Shown here: positions 39,625 through 54,025 of the stretch, piece by piece | How the letters are laid out: each line of letters opens with the position of its first letter | Numbering within the stretch: the first letter of the stretch is position 1 | DNA from: Tubulanus polymorphus | Taxonomy: Eukaryota > Animalia > Nemertea | Assembly (NCBI RefSeq): GCF_964204645.1 | Contig: NC_134033.1 | Span: forward strand, 330,131-394,130 | DNA length: 64,000 bases | Reading direction: 5' to 3' | Made by a program: the position numbers and the translations under genes | Notes under the pieces: model-generated | Database searches by the model: none | What the model was told of the DNA's origin: nothing | What the model saw: the letters and a program-made list of their open reading frames with translations, nothing else

Positions 39625-42596
39625 CCAAAGGTGAGGGTTTTGGCTGACATAAGAATTAAGCATCAGATTTTTCCGTGAATTTTTTTTTTTAATTCTCGGA
39701 ATTACTTTCCTAAACTGGCATTGACTCACGTGACAACACACGTGGTATTTTTCAACCAATAAGCTGCTTTACGATAAGGAGAAAACTTTTTTTTAAAGTT
39801 TATGACTTTTCTCGGTTAAACTGCGAGGACGGAAACCGTTAAAACGAATTGGTTCGAAGAATAGAGAGAATTAGCAATAACCTGCAGGGGGAAGTAAAGA
39901 ACTAATTGTATAGGAGGCCGAGCCTGAGTCTCCCGTTAGGACACATCTGCCGCTACATATGCTGTCTAATCTACCCAACCGAGATAAATACACCCTACAA
40001 CATCTAACTGGAAATACCGACATCGAATTAGAACCGAAAACTAAATTTCTCAATATTTAGAATCAACAGGGGTGCGCGAGATTAGCACCGAATTCTGAGG
40101 CAATTTCAACGACGTCAAGTACTAAAAATAAACTAGGAAATAAGGAGAACAATTTGTAGACAGTGGATTCCAATGGTTTGGCTGTATCCCGGAGCTATCC
40201 CTGTTGTCACCCGGAGCTGTCCCCGGCTGTGACCCGAGCCCGACGCGTTGGAAAGTCCTAACCGTGATTTGGATCTGTCCCGACTGTCGGTATCCGCCCT
40301 CCAGCGGGCGTGTTATTGAAGGGCAGTGTTTGGACACGCTGCCCATGCTGGGCACACACGGGGTTGTATCTTACCCACCGTTGACTGGAATCTGGTCCTA
40401 CAACACTATACACAATAAACACCACGTCATCACAATAGCAACAGCGTCAGCAACAATACTCGCAACAAGACCCTCTTCTAGTCGGCGGCCATTTTACCTC
40501 GAACTCGACACAACGGTCAATTATAATTTCGTGTCGTCAAACAATAAAAGCCGTGATCCGTGATTTAATCACTCACAACCAACGTTTCATTACACGAGCT
40601 ACTAATCTCTAGCTCTTCTCTCTCTCTTCTCTCCTGTCTCTCTCTCTCTCTCTTCTCTCACCTAATTAGTCCTCTCTTGACATCTCAATGACTTCAACTT
40701 TAATTAACTGACTAACTGCCTGCCGAACTAGCTAACTGACCGACCGTTGACTCAAGATCAAATACGTTTTAGACTCCATGGACTGACTGTCTAACTCGCT
40801 GGCTAGCTAGCTGACTAATGACTGACTGACTGACTTACTAGTTTACTGGCTGGCTAACTAGGTGACCAGTCGACCATCCGACATTACTGGCTAGCTGACT
40901 TGGTGACCGTCCAACATTACTAACAGTACGGATTGGTCTAAGTGATGGAATAAGCAGTGAGGGTGGCGTGCGGAGGAAAGAAAGGATGACATGGATGATG
41001 ATGATGACAACCATTTATCGTGTGACAACTTAATTTCACTTGTGTAGACAATACAATATCAAACCACTCAATCTCTGAGAGCTGTGAGCTGTGAGCTGAG
41101 AGCTGTGTGCTGTGAGCTGTGAGCTGTGAGCTGTGAGTTGTGAGCTGAATGCTCTATTAACGGTCTCACAGTTTTTAATAACGTTTTCATAAAATAAATC
41201 GTTAATGATTAACTCGATATTAAATACAGCTGGAAACAAAGATCTGATGAAACATTGTCATAATGAAGTCTTCACTCTCTCAGAGACGTCACCGTGTCAC
41301 GTGACGTGACGATGGTAATCTCATTTTTCAATCTACAAAATTCATCAAATTTCATCCCTATTCCGTAGATCGGATTTCGGCCATATTGTCGCGTTCATTT
41401 CCGTCAACTTCCGGTACGGCGCGTGCGTGCGCCACAGCGCGGTAATACCGTACTTCCGGTTTAGGCTATCTGTCCGAGCTTTCTATTGGCTGTAACTAAA
41501 ATACTGATCCTGGATTAATTTGTAGTCTAGGATTGATTACGCCGATAGAGAGGAACGGGTAATTACACGCCGTATGACTCGCTTGCCGCAGCCGCCGTCT
41601 CAACTGATATTTAATTAATGAATGAATTGTAAATACAAAACTCTTAGAATCAAATCGAACTCGCTACAAACACGTGACTGGTGGATACAATGTGACTGGT
41701 GGATACAATGTGACTGGTGGATACAATGTGACTGGTGGATACAATGTGACTGGTGGATACAATGTTTTTTTGTGTCTTGCGATGAAAGTAAAACGGCTCT
41801 CGACCTCGGTGGAGGAAACGGGTGGCTCCGGCTGCTGAGGCAATAAATGAAAAATTGATTTATGCTGCGCGACCGGAAGTAATAAAGTTTAGATTAAGAT
41901 TGTGTGGAAAATTCTGACAGAATATTGCATCAATAATAATATCATATCATATCATATCATAGTGTCTGAATCTTTGAGCTCCGGAGCTCACCTGACTAGC
42001 TCTCACTCTTTCTCCCTCTCTCTCTCTCTTACCTCTCTCCTCTCACTTCTCCCCTCTCTCTCTCCTCTCTCCTCTCCCCCTCTCTCTTCTCTTCTCTTCT
42101 TCTGTCTCCCTCTCACCTTCTCTCTCCTGGCTTTCTCTCCAGTCTCTGCTCTCTCACTCTCTCTTACTCTTAGCTGGTTGTCACTCACTCACACCTGACA
42201 GACGCTAAGACACAATTTACGAGTAGTAATTGTTCCTGTGTTGATCGCGTGCGGATAATTAAGAAAATACCCACAATTTTGTTATCGTCGCCAGAAAGAG
42301 AATTTTCTGTTTAATTGACGACGGGTAGAATCCTGTTCGGAAGTGACGCAAACTCCCCCCCCCCCATCCTCACTCCACCATCATCATCATCGCTGCAGTC
42401 GTGATCTGAAAGCTTTTCATCACAATTTACAACACGAAATTTGACTAACGTTATTTAACGCTAATGGCCGCCGTGGTCGTCTGCTAGAGACAAAGACAAA
42501 CTGTAACTCAGCGTGAGGCACTTTACACGTGAAATACACCTGAATTCTGGGTCGAAAACAGCAACAGCAAGAGAAAAAAAAGAGAGAGATAAAGAA

Positions 42597-42840
42597 AGAA
42601 CCAAAATGAGTTTAGACTGGTCTTAAGTTGTTGGATTGGCTATAGAACCAAAATGAGCTTAGACTGGTCTTAAGTTGTTAGATTGGTTATAGAACCAAAA
42701 TGAGCTTAGACTGGTCTTAAGTTGTTAGATTGGCTATAGAACCAAAATGAGTTTAGACTGGTCTCAAGTTGTTAGATTGGTTATAGAACCAAAATGAGTT
42801 AAGACTGGTCTTATGTTGTTGGATTGGTTATAGAACAAAT
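42597..42840. repeat. 47-bp minisatellite (AGAACCAAAATGAGCTTAGACTGGTCTTAAGTTGTTAGATTGGTTAT), ~5 copies
   Basis: Same unit as 53355-54025. Confidence 0.93.
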
Positions 42841-44478
42841 GTGGTTTCAGACTTGTCCTGTATCTTACCCATGATTGAATACAACTGAACTGGTCTGAAC
42901 TAAAACCGTTTGATCACTGATCGAGGAGTCGGATTTGTGATAAGTCACGAGGTATAAATACTTGATCTCTTTATTTGAATTCAGTGAATTCTAAATTAAA
43001 ATCATATCGATGTTTTCTGGCCGCACTTCCTGCGGTGTTACCCAGCAGTCTCTCCGTAGGAAATGACAGTATCGACAGGACTGGTTCCGGATCGATGTGG
43101 ACTGGTTCCGGATCGATGGTCTGTCTCACCGCGGGACAATAACCGACGCGAGCCTCGTTCTGATTAGAAATCCCCTACAACAGTCGGACTTTCTATTTCC
43201 GGACCGGAAACTCATAGCAGAGATCAACGGACAGATATTCGACGTTTCGTGTGAAGAGTTTTGTGCTTTAGGAAATCTAGTTTTAAATGCATTTTCCGCA
43301 GAATTTGTATAGTATGTTTTCTAACGAGATAAAAGATGGCGCTGTCTATCTTCTGGGATATAGGGATAGTGGTGTTGGAGCCCGTGATATCTCTGATGGT
43401 GGGTTTTTATAACGATCGATCTCTGAGTAAAGTGTCTAAACTAAAAGAATTAAATATAACCGCAAAGCAGCCATATCGGGTTTGCAAGACCTTGAGAAAA
43501 GACATGGGACTCGAACCTGCGACCGACCGCGCTTTCTGACCAGAACCTCGACTGCTAACAACAACGGGACTTAACTCACTTGTCAAAATATTTCACCTTA
43601 TCAAAATAGCCCAACTTTTAGTCGTTAGATTTTCTACACGATAAAATAATACTAAATATTCTAAACTATCCAGTATCTATAGGCCTGTGTGATTGATGTT
43701 TGGTTTCCTGGACATTTCACAAAGTGTAAGTTTGCTTCGCACCCGGAACTCCGAGGTCGGCGAGAAAATAACGAAAACCATTTCTACAAATCGTGAACAA
43801 ACCAGCAATTATAGTTTTAAACATTTCGAACGCAGTCGCTGAATGAATCGGATTAAAACAGGGTTTAATCCTTGTTTAATCCCCGTTTGATTGCGACTAA
43901 AAGCTCTAATTGTATCTGTCAAAAGCTTAGCACGTATTCACCGGCAAACTACGTCGTCCTGGGTGCAGCGTTTAGAAACAGACAATAAACAGTGAAATCT
44001 ACGATTGTTCAGTAATTACAGGGTTGTCCACGGATTATGCGGCGATACAAATAAACTATCGGTTTGTTGTTGTCCAGTTTTTATCTATGGGGGGGGGGGT
44101 AGCGGTACATATAGGAACGACTCGTAATTATAGTCTATTCTAAAGAGCCGTTCGGGTAAAATTGAATTCGCGGCGCAACAGCTGTGAAAACAAGTGTCGT
44201 AGATTTTATCACAAACGGCGTTTAGGTTTTTTTCTATTTCTACAGTTTTTGAAATGACGGCAGACGACATCTCCGGTTTGATCACGTGTTTTACTCGCGC
44301 AGACGACCGACAGAACAGCAGCTTTAAATACATTTATTCCACCTAAATTCCTCTATTCAAATCTACAATAAACTCGTTTTCAAATAAATTCTATAAATTT
44401 TTTTCGAAACGAAGCCATTTTTTTAACCGATCCCGAAACCAACGAAGATATACATTAACGCAAATTGTGCCATTTCCG

Positions 44479-44540
<62 letters not shown>

Positions 44541-47017
44541 TATTGGTACGAAAAAATATATTACAATGAATTAATTTCAAATATAGTATGATTTCTGTGA
44601 ATGAATCCCCCCCCCCCCAATCTCCCTAAAGCTGAAGTTTGATCATATCACCCCACATAATTTTATATCATTTCTAAGTTTATGTGAACCCCTCAACCTC
44701 CCCTCGACCTCCCTCCTCCACTCATCCCACCTGTACCAGGCTCTAAACTATAATTATTCATAATTAATGAATTTCATACTTTGCGGCTGTTCTGAAATGT
44801 ACAATCTTGCTGTAAGAAGTTGTAGGGGTCCAATTGGTTGCGGTCTGGTTCAGATGCTACCCCTGGACGGTCAGTAACGGGTTTAACCATGCTGAACACG
44901 GATAGTAGAGCTTACCCTGGCATGCGAGCGGCATAGATAAACAGTCCTAGTATTATAGGAATTACCGGAACAGTGAGAACCGACATCTTCGAGGCTCAAT
45001 CTCCGACCGTTTAGAATAACTTTATCAGTCGGGACTCTCACTAAACCGAGAGTAATTAGTCCAATAACTTACTCATAGTTGTCTAGTAATTTACTCCTGG
45101 TTTATATTTACACAGTTGCCCCGCTCTCAGATATATGTATAATAAACCCGTATTAATTTACCACGCAATAATTAACATACTACAGACATGTTTCAAGTAT
45201 AGAAAACAATATTACTGATGAGATTATTATTGTTTAGGTTCAATATTCGATATCTCAAATTCTATATTTCTCAAACCTTCGTCAAACTGTCCCATTACCG
45301 AGTAAATGTGCTTGCTTAAGATTTTTGATAATTTTTGAAGACCTATTGTTGATTAATGGCTCTTGTAAAATGTTAATGAAAATCCTGTAAACGGATGGGA
45401 TTCGAACCCTATTTTTGATTAATGGTTCTTGTAAATGTTGACGAAAATGTTGTAAACGGATGGGATTCGAACCCGATCAGGCGGCGGTGCCTGCTGAGGC
45501 GACAGAGGATTATTAACTATAATAATGATTATGACACGATATAACAGTTTATCTGTGTATAGCCCGAGGGCTGGTGGGTAGGCTGGGCAGGCTGGTAGAA
45601 CCCGTCCTGACCCGGTCAGCTAACACGTGCGAGCCTTAGTTACTGAGGTGATGTTTCACCGCTCATGCGATTAGGAGGCGCGACATTGACAGCTGATATT
45701 TCACTATAATAATTAATCTGATATTATCACCACATAATCTGATATTATCAATAGTAAATACGATACGAGTATCTATTATTCCGCTTCGGATGATTTTAAG
45801 TGTGAATTAATGAGGTTTTAAGCCAGTTCAATAAATCTGAGTAAATGTTTTTTTTTCGGTTAAAACTTGTACATTTGCAACATTTAAACTCCTTAAATTC
45901 AAATTACCCAGAAACAGTGGAACTATGTTGAGAACTGTGGAACTGGACCGTAGTGGAACTGTGGAACCCGTTCCAGAAATTTATGGTGATATTTCACTTT
46001 TAATTCTAATATTGTGAGATTCTCAATTCGTATGTTTCAAAATTATCTACGCAAACTAAAAATAAATCGTTTTTAAAAATTGTTATTCAATTCCCTGAGA
46101 CTGATTCATTCAAATGATTAATTATAGGCGGTTTTAAAACTTGTAATTTGAGTACAATAAAACCTTAGTTAAATTTAGTGTCCGTCAAACAGACTGGGCG
46201 GAAAGAGACCTCCCCCGCGAAGTTTCTGATAAAACTGTTTTTACGTCATCGGATAGACACCTGAACTCCGCGGGAGGGATATAGGTGACTTTCTGACCGA
46301 GTTATAAATCCTATTGTAAATCTGTAAGAAGATGTAATGAATTCGGAAGAGACTATAGCCTGTGGGGGCGGGCTGTACCGATCCGTGATTACGTGAATTC
46401 TGATCATTCGCTAATCGGGTCCTCAACGCGTTAAGCTCATCGAGTGTTTTAATTACTGGGTCCGGTCCCCGGTCCCGGTCGGAGCGCCTCTTTCATCTTA
46501 ACCTCCTCATCGGCCCGGATTACGATTTCCTAAAAGGTTTAGGAAGACTCTTAGTAATCCCTACTTGACTCGATTTAATCGACTTCAAATTGTTTTCTCT
46601 AAAAACGAATCCGCAATTTTCTGTGTTCTTTGATAACGATATAGTTAGATTATCATCAATCATGAGAGATTATCTTTGATTGGAATTTTTAGGCAATCGG
46701 TTTAATGTTTTTAGGATAATTTCGAAAGCTTACTACATGTATTTTCTAAACTCTTCTCATCCATCCTTAATTAGTGCTTGTTACCTGTAAAATTCAACTA
46801 GGTAGACCTATTCAATTTCGAAGTGTTTCTAAATCACCATTTCATCGGTTCATGTTTATTTCATACCGATGTGAAGCGCGCTGAGTACGCTCTATAAGAA
46901 AATAAATTAAATCATTAATATTATTATTATCATCATTTTTATTCAAAAAGAAAAAAAACCCGATCAAAATTAAGATCAATCAAAAACCAATCGAACCTAT
47001 TCAGAGATAATCTTAAG

Positions 47018-47059
47018 TCACCTGACGATGATCTCTAGGGTAAGATCGAAACGTCGCGT
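47018..47059 (+). ncRNA. Minimal type I hammerhead ribozyme motif of Penelope-like-element type, probably degenerate
   Basis: CTGACGA (47022-28), extra T, stem II GATCT/AGATC, GAAA (47048-51), then CGTC (palindromic loop-less stem III with GUC site). Stem I (TCAC/GCGT) is only partly paired. Confidence 0.55.
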
Positions 47060-47952
47060 ATTCTATATATTTCAGATTGTTCGAATAGATAAATTCTCGA
47101 TTTTAAAATTCTTTTAATTTGTACACAGTTTTTATCTTATTATCGAAATTATTTCTGTAGGAAATTCTACATCGACGATGAAAATAGACACGAATCGAAG
47201 TTTCTGTGATCTGTTCATGAATAATAATTAGCCCTTCAGGTTAATCGGAACCTCTTGTCCTCATGAGGCTATCTAATCTGTCCCTCAGGGATAATTTAGA
47301 GACCTCCGAATAGCTGTAACCGATCCTACCACCCGGGTCGCCGCCATTTTGATTATGACGTCATTAATCAGCGCGCCGATGTAAATAAAGGACACGTGAC
47401 GTAACGGGTTGAATATAAAACGATGAATAATCGATTATGAATTAATGAACCGTCGATTTTAAAAACAGGAAGACATGGCGATCCTGTACCCCCTTGAGAT
47501 ATGAGATTATTGTTGTTATTAAATCAGGCGGTAGAGGTCGCTGAATGCGTGCTATGTAATTATGATGATGTCATTGATGAAAACAAGATTTAAGAAGATT
47601 ATGGAGGACCACCCTGAGCTAGCAGCTAGCAGCTACCGGTTTACAGCTAGCAGCTTAGACATAATGAATAAATAACATCTAGATTCTTCATACCAGGGGG
47701 CGGGATCCTGACACAACAGAGAAAAACCACACGACTTCCAAAATGTTAATTACTTCTGTAATAAATTCTACATCTTCCCGCCAGTAACAAGGACAGTTGT
47801 TTATATATTCGAAAAAAGGAGAATTTCCAACTAAATGGACACCACTAGGCACCGCAGATATAGATTAGTTTGTAGGTTTGTCCGGTCATTTTGATGACTA
47901 CCAAAAGGACCGCGACGGCCCAAAATCCAGCAGCAACCATTACGTCACATAT

Positions 47953-48192
47953 CCTAACCCTAACCCTAGCAGGACTCGAGTTCCAGACGCCGTAACCCTA
48001 ACCCTAGCTCATCGCTAACCCTAACCCTAGCAGGACTCGAACCTCAGACCTCCGGCCTGCCAGTCGAGCATGCTAACCACTAGACCATAGACCAGTAGTG
48101 ATTGACACAGTTTGTAAGTTTGACTGGTCAGTGTGGTGACCAGTCAGGTGGTGACTGGTGTTCGACCAGTCAGGTGTGTAGTGACCAGTCAG
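47953..48192 (-). mobile_element. tRNA-derived SINE-like element with three TTAGGG blocks (copy 2)
   Basis: Reverse strand reads GGTCTATGGTCTAGTGGTTAGCATGCTCGACTGGCAGGCCGGAGGTCTGAGGTTCGAGTCCTGCTAGGGTTAGGGTTAG... Confidence 0.75.
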
Positions 48193-50236
48193 ATGTGTCC
48201 TATTGAGAGTATCCTTGTCCCGGGCAATTGGACCCTGTGACCTCCCGATTACCAAACTTATTAACAGAAATTCCTGGGGCCAATTGCACTAAGAGCGATT
48301 AGACTTCGTGAACTGATTTCATACCAAACTGAATTGATGAAAAATTAAAATCGATTTTCAAAGTTTTTCTATGAAACAGAAGAGACAGATGTTTGTGTCT
48401 GGTCATTTACCTCAAATTCCATTCTGAGAATAATACGACGAAATTATTGTCGTGAGTTGTTGAAATAAGATTGATTACATCGGCTGCTGCTGCTGCTGCC
48501 GCTACAGGAGCAGGAGGAAATCTTTAACTAGATCGACATCACAAACACCGGATAGAAATCAGAGAGATTTTATTCCAAGAAAAATATCCCGTCAGTTACA
48601 ACACGTGGAAACCGTCAAGAATAACATATCAAAAAACCGTTATTTTCGAAACTATTGTTAGCACCTGACACGTGACAGGAAGTTCAGAGAACTCGCTTCC
48701 GGAAAATCCGACGAATTAAATGAGAATTTTTACAGTTTTTAATCAGTATTTTATGTGTAGCACACTCTCGTTATTTATCTATGGCACACGTCTATACGGC
48801 GCACACGGGTATTTGTTTATGGCACACGACAGTTTTTAGTATCGTCTGTTGTTAAACATTATACAATATTATTAATTAAAGGTTTATATATCAACAGTTT
48901 GATGATATTTTTATCAGTGCCACTATCACAGACACCGCTATAAACGTCATAACACAACAATATCTAAATATGGAACAGGACAGTTGGGCTGAATATGACT
49001 AGGTCCTCTGTGGGCTGAACGATGGATCCTCTGGGCTGAACGAGCAGTCCTGTGGGCTGAATAACGGGTCGTATGGGCTGAACGAGAGGTCCTGTGGACT
49101 AAACGAGAGGTCCTTTGGGCTGAGCGAGCTGTCCTGTGGGCTGAACAACGGGTTGAGTGGGCTTCGATAATTCCTGTAGGTTAAATACTCTTTTCTTGTG
49201 CCTTTGACTTTTAATATTCATGATGAAAATATGAAATTGCTCGATCTTGCGAATGTGGATTACGTGTCGAGGTTTTGTTCGATATAAATTCATTTCTCAT
49301 CATTGAAATCGTAGTATCTCCTCACAATGATCGAGCTATACGGAGTTCTGCAGGTGTCTATGCTGTCTCCCCCTGAATCAGCTGATTGTTGATGTGATCT
49401 GTATTTATGGTGAGATCGCGTGTGTAACTGTCCGATATTATTGATATCTGACAAAAGTGAAAAGTTGTTGAATATCATCATCCTCGGAGGGATTATTATA
49501 AACGGATTATCCGAGGGATTATAGAGATAGGATTAGTGGCGAGAGAGATGCGTCCGGGAGGTGGGTTATTACGGGATTGATAAATAACAGTTTATCACGC
49601 GATATTCGCGTCACACAGCACACAGCACACAGCACACAGCATACAGTGCACAGTGCACAGTGCACAGTGCACAGTGCGGACACGGCGGAAAGTCCAAACC
49701 TCAATGACGAAATCCACACTAAAAATCGAAAAGCTAATGATTCATTAATGAGCTCAGTTTTGTTATAACATTATTACTTATACCCTTATAGGGTAAAGTT
49801 GAAACGTTGAATAAACTACACTAGCTCAAGGAATACAGTATTCCTGAAGATAACCATTAGGATAAAATCAAAATGTCACGGAGTCAAAAGTGTTTCATCA
49901 ATGGTTAGGACGGAATGAAGGGTTTCAGGGATATTCATGGTCTAAAGATTGCTACGCACTCTCTCGGCTGCTGACAACTACGAAGCCTCTGTTATATTCA
50001 GAGCTTTAAGCGTTTTGATGATATCTATTTTCTCCACACTCGCTTGGAATCGCGCGCGCACGAATGTCTTTGCCTTTATACAAAAAAAGAAAGATTCGTC
50101 GTCGTCGTCGTCATTATTGCCGCCGCAAAAATCAGAGAGAATCTTCATTTCTACCCGACTGACTAAATACATTACCGTATTTCCCGACCCCCGCGTAGAT
50201 TACTGATCTACCATAAACCTCCTCATACACGACTTG

Positions 50237-50254
50237 TAGCGCCCCCTGCCGGGC
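50237..50254 (-). promoter_or_regulatory. CTCF-like binding motif
   Basis: GCCCGGCAGGGGGCGCTA on the minus strand, close to consensus CCAC(C/T)AG(G/A)(G/T)GGCGC. Confidence 0.5.
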
Positions 50255-51424
50255 GGTAATGCACGTTATTTCTGCCGGCAGACGAAAGAAGATGCGACGT
50301 CGGTTTCCGTTTTCTCGGCGACTTTAATTAGTTGGCGAGCTTTCATCGGGAGACTCTCAAACGACGGGACGTATCAGGCAAGATTTATCGTTTAATAAGG
50401 AGATGTTTCATCGGCTATAAATACCATTCATTCAGCGGTAATTAACTTTAAATTAACTCTATATCTACCGCCGCTGCTGTTAGTGAATAGGACGGTTATG
50501 AGGACGACCAGTAATGTATTTGGTACTCGGTCTAGCACGTTCAACGATTTCCGTAAATTTACGCAAATATTCAATAATGAAAATTGTTGGCATTTTCTGC
50601 GCGATTCTCGGCCGATAAAGACCTATTAGCGAGAAGCATTCTTCTGGCGGGGATAGTTTTAATAAAACTATTTAATCTATCAGTATCTCAGTTACTATCG
50701 GGTTTATTGTCATATCTCGCGTCGGAGTAAATGAAGAAAGGCTTTAAGTTAATGTAATCACTCACTCTCACTCACTCTCTCTCGACTCGCTGGTTACTGA
50801 TCTAATTAACTGAAATTGAGCGGAAAATATCGCTAGTTTTTCATCGTTTTCGCGGTCGATTGAACTCGAAACAGATCATAATGAATCAATGTGTTTATTG
50901 TGGAGTTTTGTCTAGTTTTATTCGAAAAACACGATCAGATTTTATGTATATTTTTATACCCCAATGACCTCTACTGTTGTGTTAGAATTGAATTTGAATC
51001 TGTGGAACTGAGTCCAGTTACTGTGGAACTGGGTTCAGAACTGTGGAACTGTGGATCCAAGTGAACGGTGGAATTTTTCCCTATAGCTGCCGCTTCACTC
51101 ATAACTTGTGACACATGAAACTCAAGATGAAGTTAATTTGGAATGAAAATTAAAAATGGAATTTTAAAATTAATAAATACAATAAACACGTTCACGACGG
51201 TGAGTATGGTGTATGGAGTGTATGGAGTATGGGGGGTATGGAGAGAGGACCACACACACACGTGATTTAAAAACCAACTAAACTCTAGTTGTTTCAGAGC
51301 TGATGATGATGGAGAGGGAGACATGTGAAACTGATTGAGAACAACAGCAGGAATATATTAAAAACTGTAGATAGATCTGTGGTTATTGATTCCATCTACA
51401 TAACCATAATTAATGAGATAAAAT

Positions 51425-52812
51425 CATCCACACAGACCTGATCTCTCTACCGTAACCCTCACAGATTGTGACGTCAAGATCCACACAGACCTGATCTCTC
51501 TATCGTAACCCTCACAGATTGTGACGTCAAGATCCACACAGACCCTGATCTCTCTACCGTAACCCTCACAGGTTGTGACGTCAAGATCCACACAGACCCT
51601 GATCTCTCTACCGTAACCCTCACAGGTTGTGACGTCAAGATCCACACAGACCCTGATCTCTCTACCGTAACCCTCACAGGTTGTGACGTCAAGATCCCAC
51701 AGACCCTGATCTCTCTACTGTAACCCTCACAGGTTGTGACGTCAAGATCCACACAGACCCTGATCTCTCTACCGTAACCCTCACAGTTTGTGACGTCAAG
51801 ATCCACACAGACCTGATCTCTCTATCGTAACCCTCACAGATTGTGACGTCAAGATCCACACAGACCCTGATCTCTCTACCGTAACCCTGACAGGTTGTGA
51901 CGTCAAAATCCACAGACCTGATCTCTCTACCGTAACCCTCACAGATTGTGACGTCAAGATCCACAGAGACCCTGATCTCTCTACCGTAACCCTCACAGAT
52001 TGTGACGTCAAGATCCACAGAGACCCTGATCTCTCTACCGTAACCCTCACAGATTGTGACGTCAAGATCCACAGAGACCCTGATCTCTCTACCGTAACCC
52101 TCACAGATTGTGACGTCAAGATCCACAGAGACCCTGATCTCTCTACCGTAACCCAGACAGGTTGTGACGTCAAGATCCACAGACCGTAAACGAAACCCTC
52201 ACAGATTGTGACGTCAAGATCCACAGACCGTAAACGAAACCCTCACAGATTGTGACGTCAAGATCCACAGAGACCCTGATCTCTCTACCGTAACCCTCAC
52301 AGGTTGTGACGTCAAGATCCACAGACCGTAAACGAAACCCTCACAGATTGTGACGTCAAGATCCACAGACCGTAAACGAAACCCTCACAGATTGTGACGT
52401 CAAGATCCACAGAGACCCTGATCTCTCTACCGTAACCCTCACAGATTGTGACGTCAAGATCCACAGAGACCCTGATCTCTCTACCGTAACCCTGACAGGT
52501 TGTGACGTCAAGATCCACAGACCGTAAACGAAACCCTCACAGATTGTGACGTCAAGATCCACAGAGACCCTGATCTCTCTACCGTAACCCTCACAGATTG
52601 TGACGTCAAGATCCACAGAGACCCTGATCTCTCTACCGTAACCCTGACAGGTTGTGACGTCAAGATCCACAGACCGTAAACGTAACCCTCACAGATTGTG
52701 ACGTCAAGATCCACAGAAACCCTGATCTCTCTACCGTAACCCTCACAGATTGTGACGTCAAGATCCACAGAGACCCTGATCTCTCTACCGTAACCCTCAC
52801 AGATTGTGACGT
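51425..52812. repeat. 54/44-bp minisatellite, ~27 units, 26 with a perfect TGACGTCA (CRE) palindrome
   Basis: Unit CCACAGAGACCCTGATCTCTCTACCGTAACCCTCACAGATTGTGACGTCAAGAT; explains ORFs at 51424-52768. Confidence 0.95.
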
Positions 52813-53354
52813 AAAGATGAGTTTTCTACTCATTCAATTCACCCCAAAACAAATAAAATCGGCGCAGCTTTTATTGTTGATTAATATCTTCCGAATCTAT
52901 GAGATTTATGTCATCAATTCAAAGTTTCTCACAGTTATTGCCAGTTATATCAAAAACCTAGTTTTTGGTAGATACCTGGAGCCCGCACCCAAATTTGGAA
53001 CATAACACTCAAATCATATTCGACAAAAGTAAAAGGAATTTGGTTCCTACACAGTGGTTCCAAACTCTTCTGCGGCCTCCGTGGAAAGATTAGTTTAAAG
53101 TGTCCTGTAGTTATTTGTAAAATGAGATTTGTTTTTCGACATCAAACGACGCGATTATTTTTCTAGAAAATAAACGGAGCTCTGATATTAAAGAGTCTCG
53201 TGTATTAGATTACACCGGAGTAAAGTCGATTATTAATAAGTGTTTTATGAAAACACATTTAACACTTCGTGTGTGGGTTTTCACTTTAACTGATCAGATC
53301 TACAGCTATATACAGTATCACTGGAATTCCTCAGTAAACCGTCATTTCAGTAAA

Positions 53355-54025
53355 TTGTTAGATTGTTTATAGAACCAAAATGAGCTTAGACTGGTCTTAA
53401 GTTGTTGGATCGGTTATAGAACCAAAATGAGCTTAGACTGGTTTTAAGTTGTTAGATCGGTTATAGAACCAAAATCAGCTTAGACTGGTTTTAAGTTGTT
53501 AGATTAGTTATAGAACCAAAATGAGCTTAGACTGGTCTTAAGTTGTTAGATTGGTTATAGAACCAAAATGAGCTTAGACTGGTCTTAAGTTGTTAGATTG
53601 TTTATAGAACCAAAATGAGCTTAGGCTGGTCTTAAGAGTTGTTAGATTGGTTATAGAACTGAAATGAGCTTAGACTGGTTTTAAGTTGTTAGATCGGTTA
53701 TAGAACCAAAATCAGCTTAGACTGGTTTTAAGTTGTTAGATTAGTTATAGAACAAAAATGAGCTTAGACTGGTCTTAAGAGTTGTTAGATTGGTTATAGA
53801 ACTGAAATGAGCTTAGACTGGTTTTAAGTTGTTAGATCGGTTATAGAACCAAAATCAGCTTAGACTGGTTTTAAGTTGTTAGATTGATTATAGAACCAAA
53901 ATGAGCTTAGACTGGTCTTAAGTTGTTAGATTGGTTATAGAACCAAAATGAGCTTAGACTGGTCTTAAAAGTTGTTAGATTGGTTATAGAACTAAAATGA
54001 ACCTAGACTTTGCTACTGGCCCTGG
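53355..54025. repeat. 47-49-bp minisatellite, ~13 copies, ending in a MITE-like terminus (ACTGGCCCTGG)
   Basis: Same unit as 42597-42840 and the inverse of ~28120-28160. Confidence 0.93.

Noticed and set aside
47953-48030. True telomere or telomerase RNA template
   Set aside because: Only two-unit TAACCC blocks embedded in a dispersed repeat present at three loci.
51425-52812. CRISPR-like repeat/spacer appearance (also 7441-8398 and 1273-2500)
   Set aside because: The spacers are themselves repeated, there are no cas genes, and the context is spliced eukaryotic genes.
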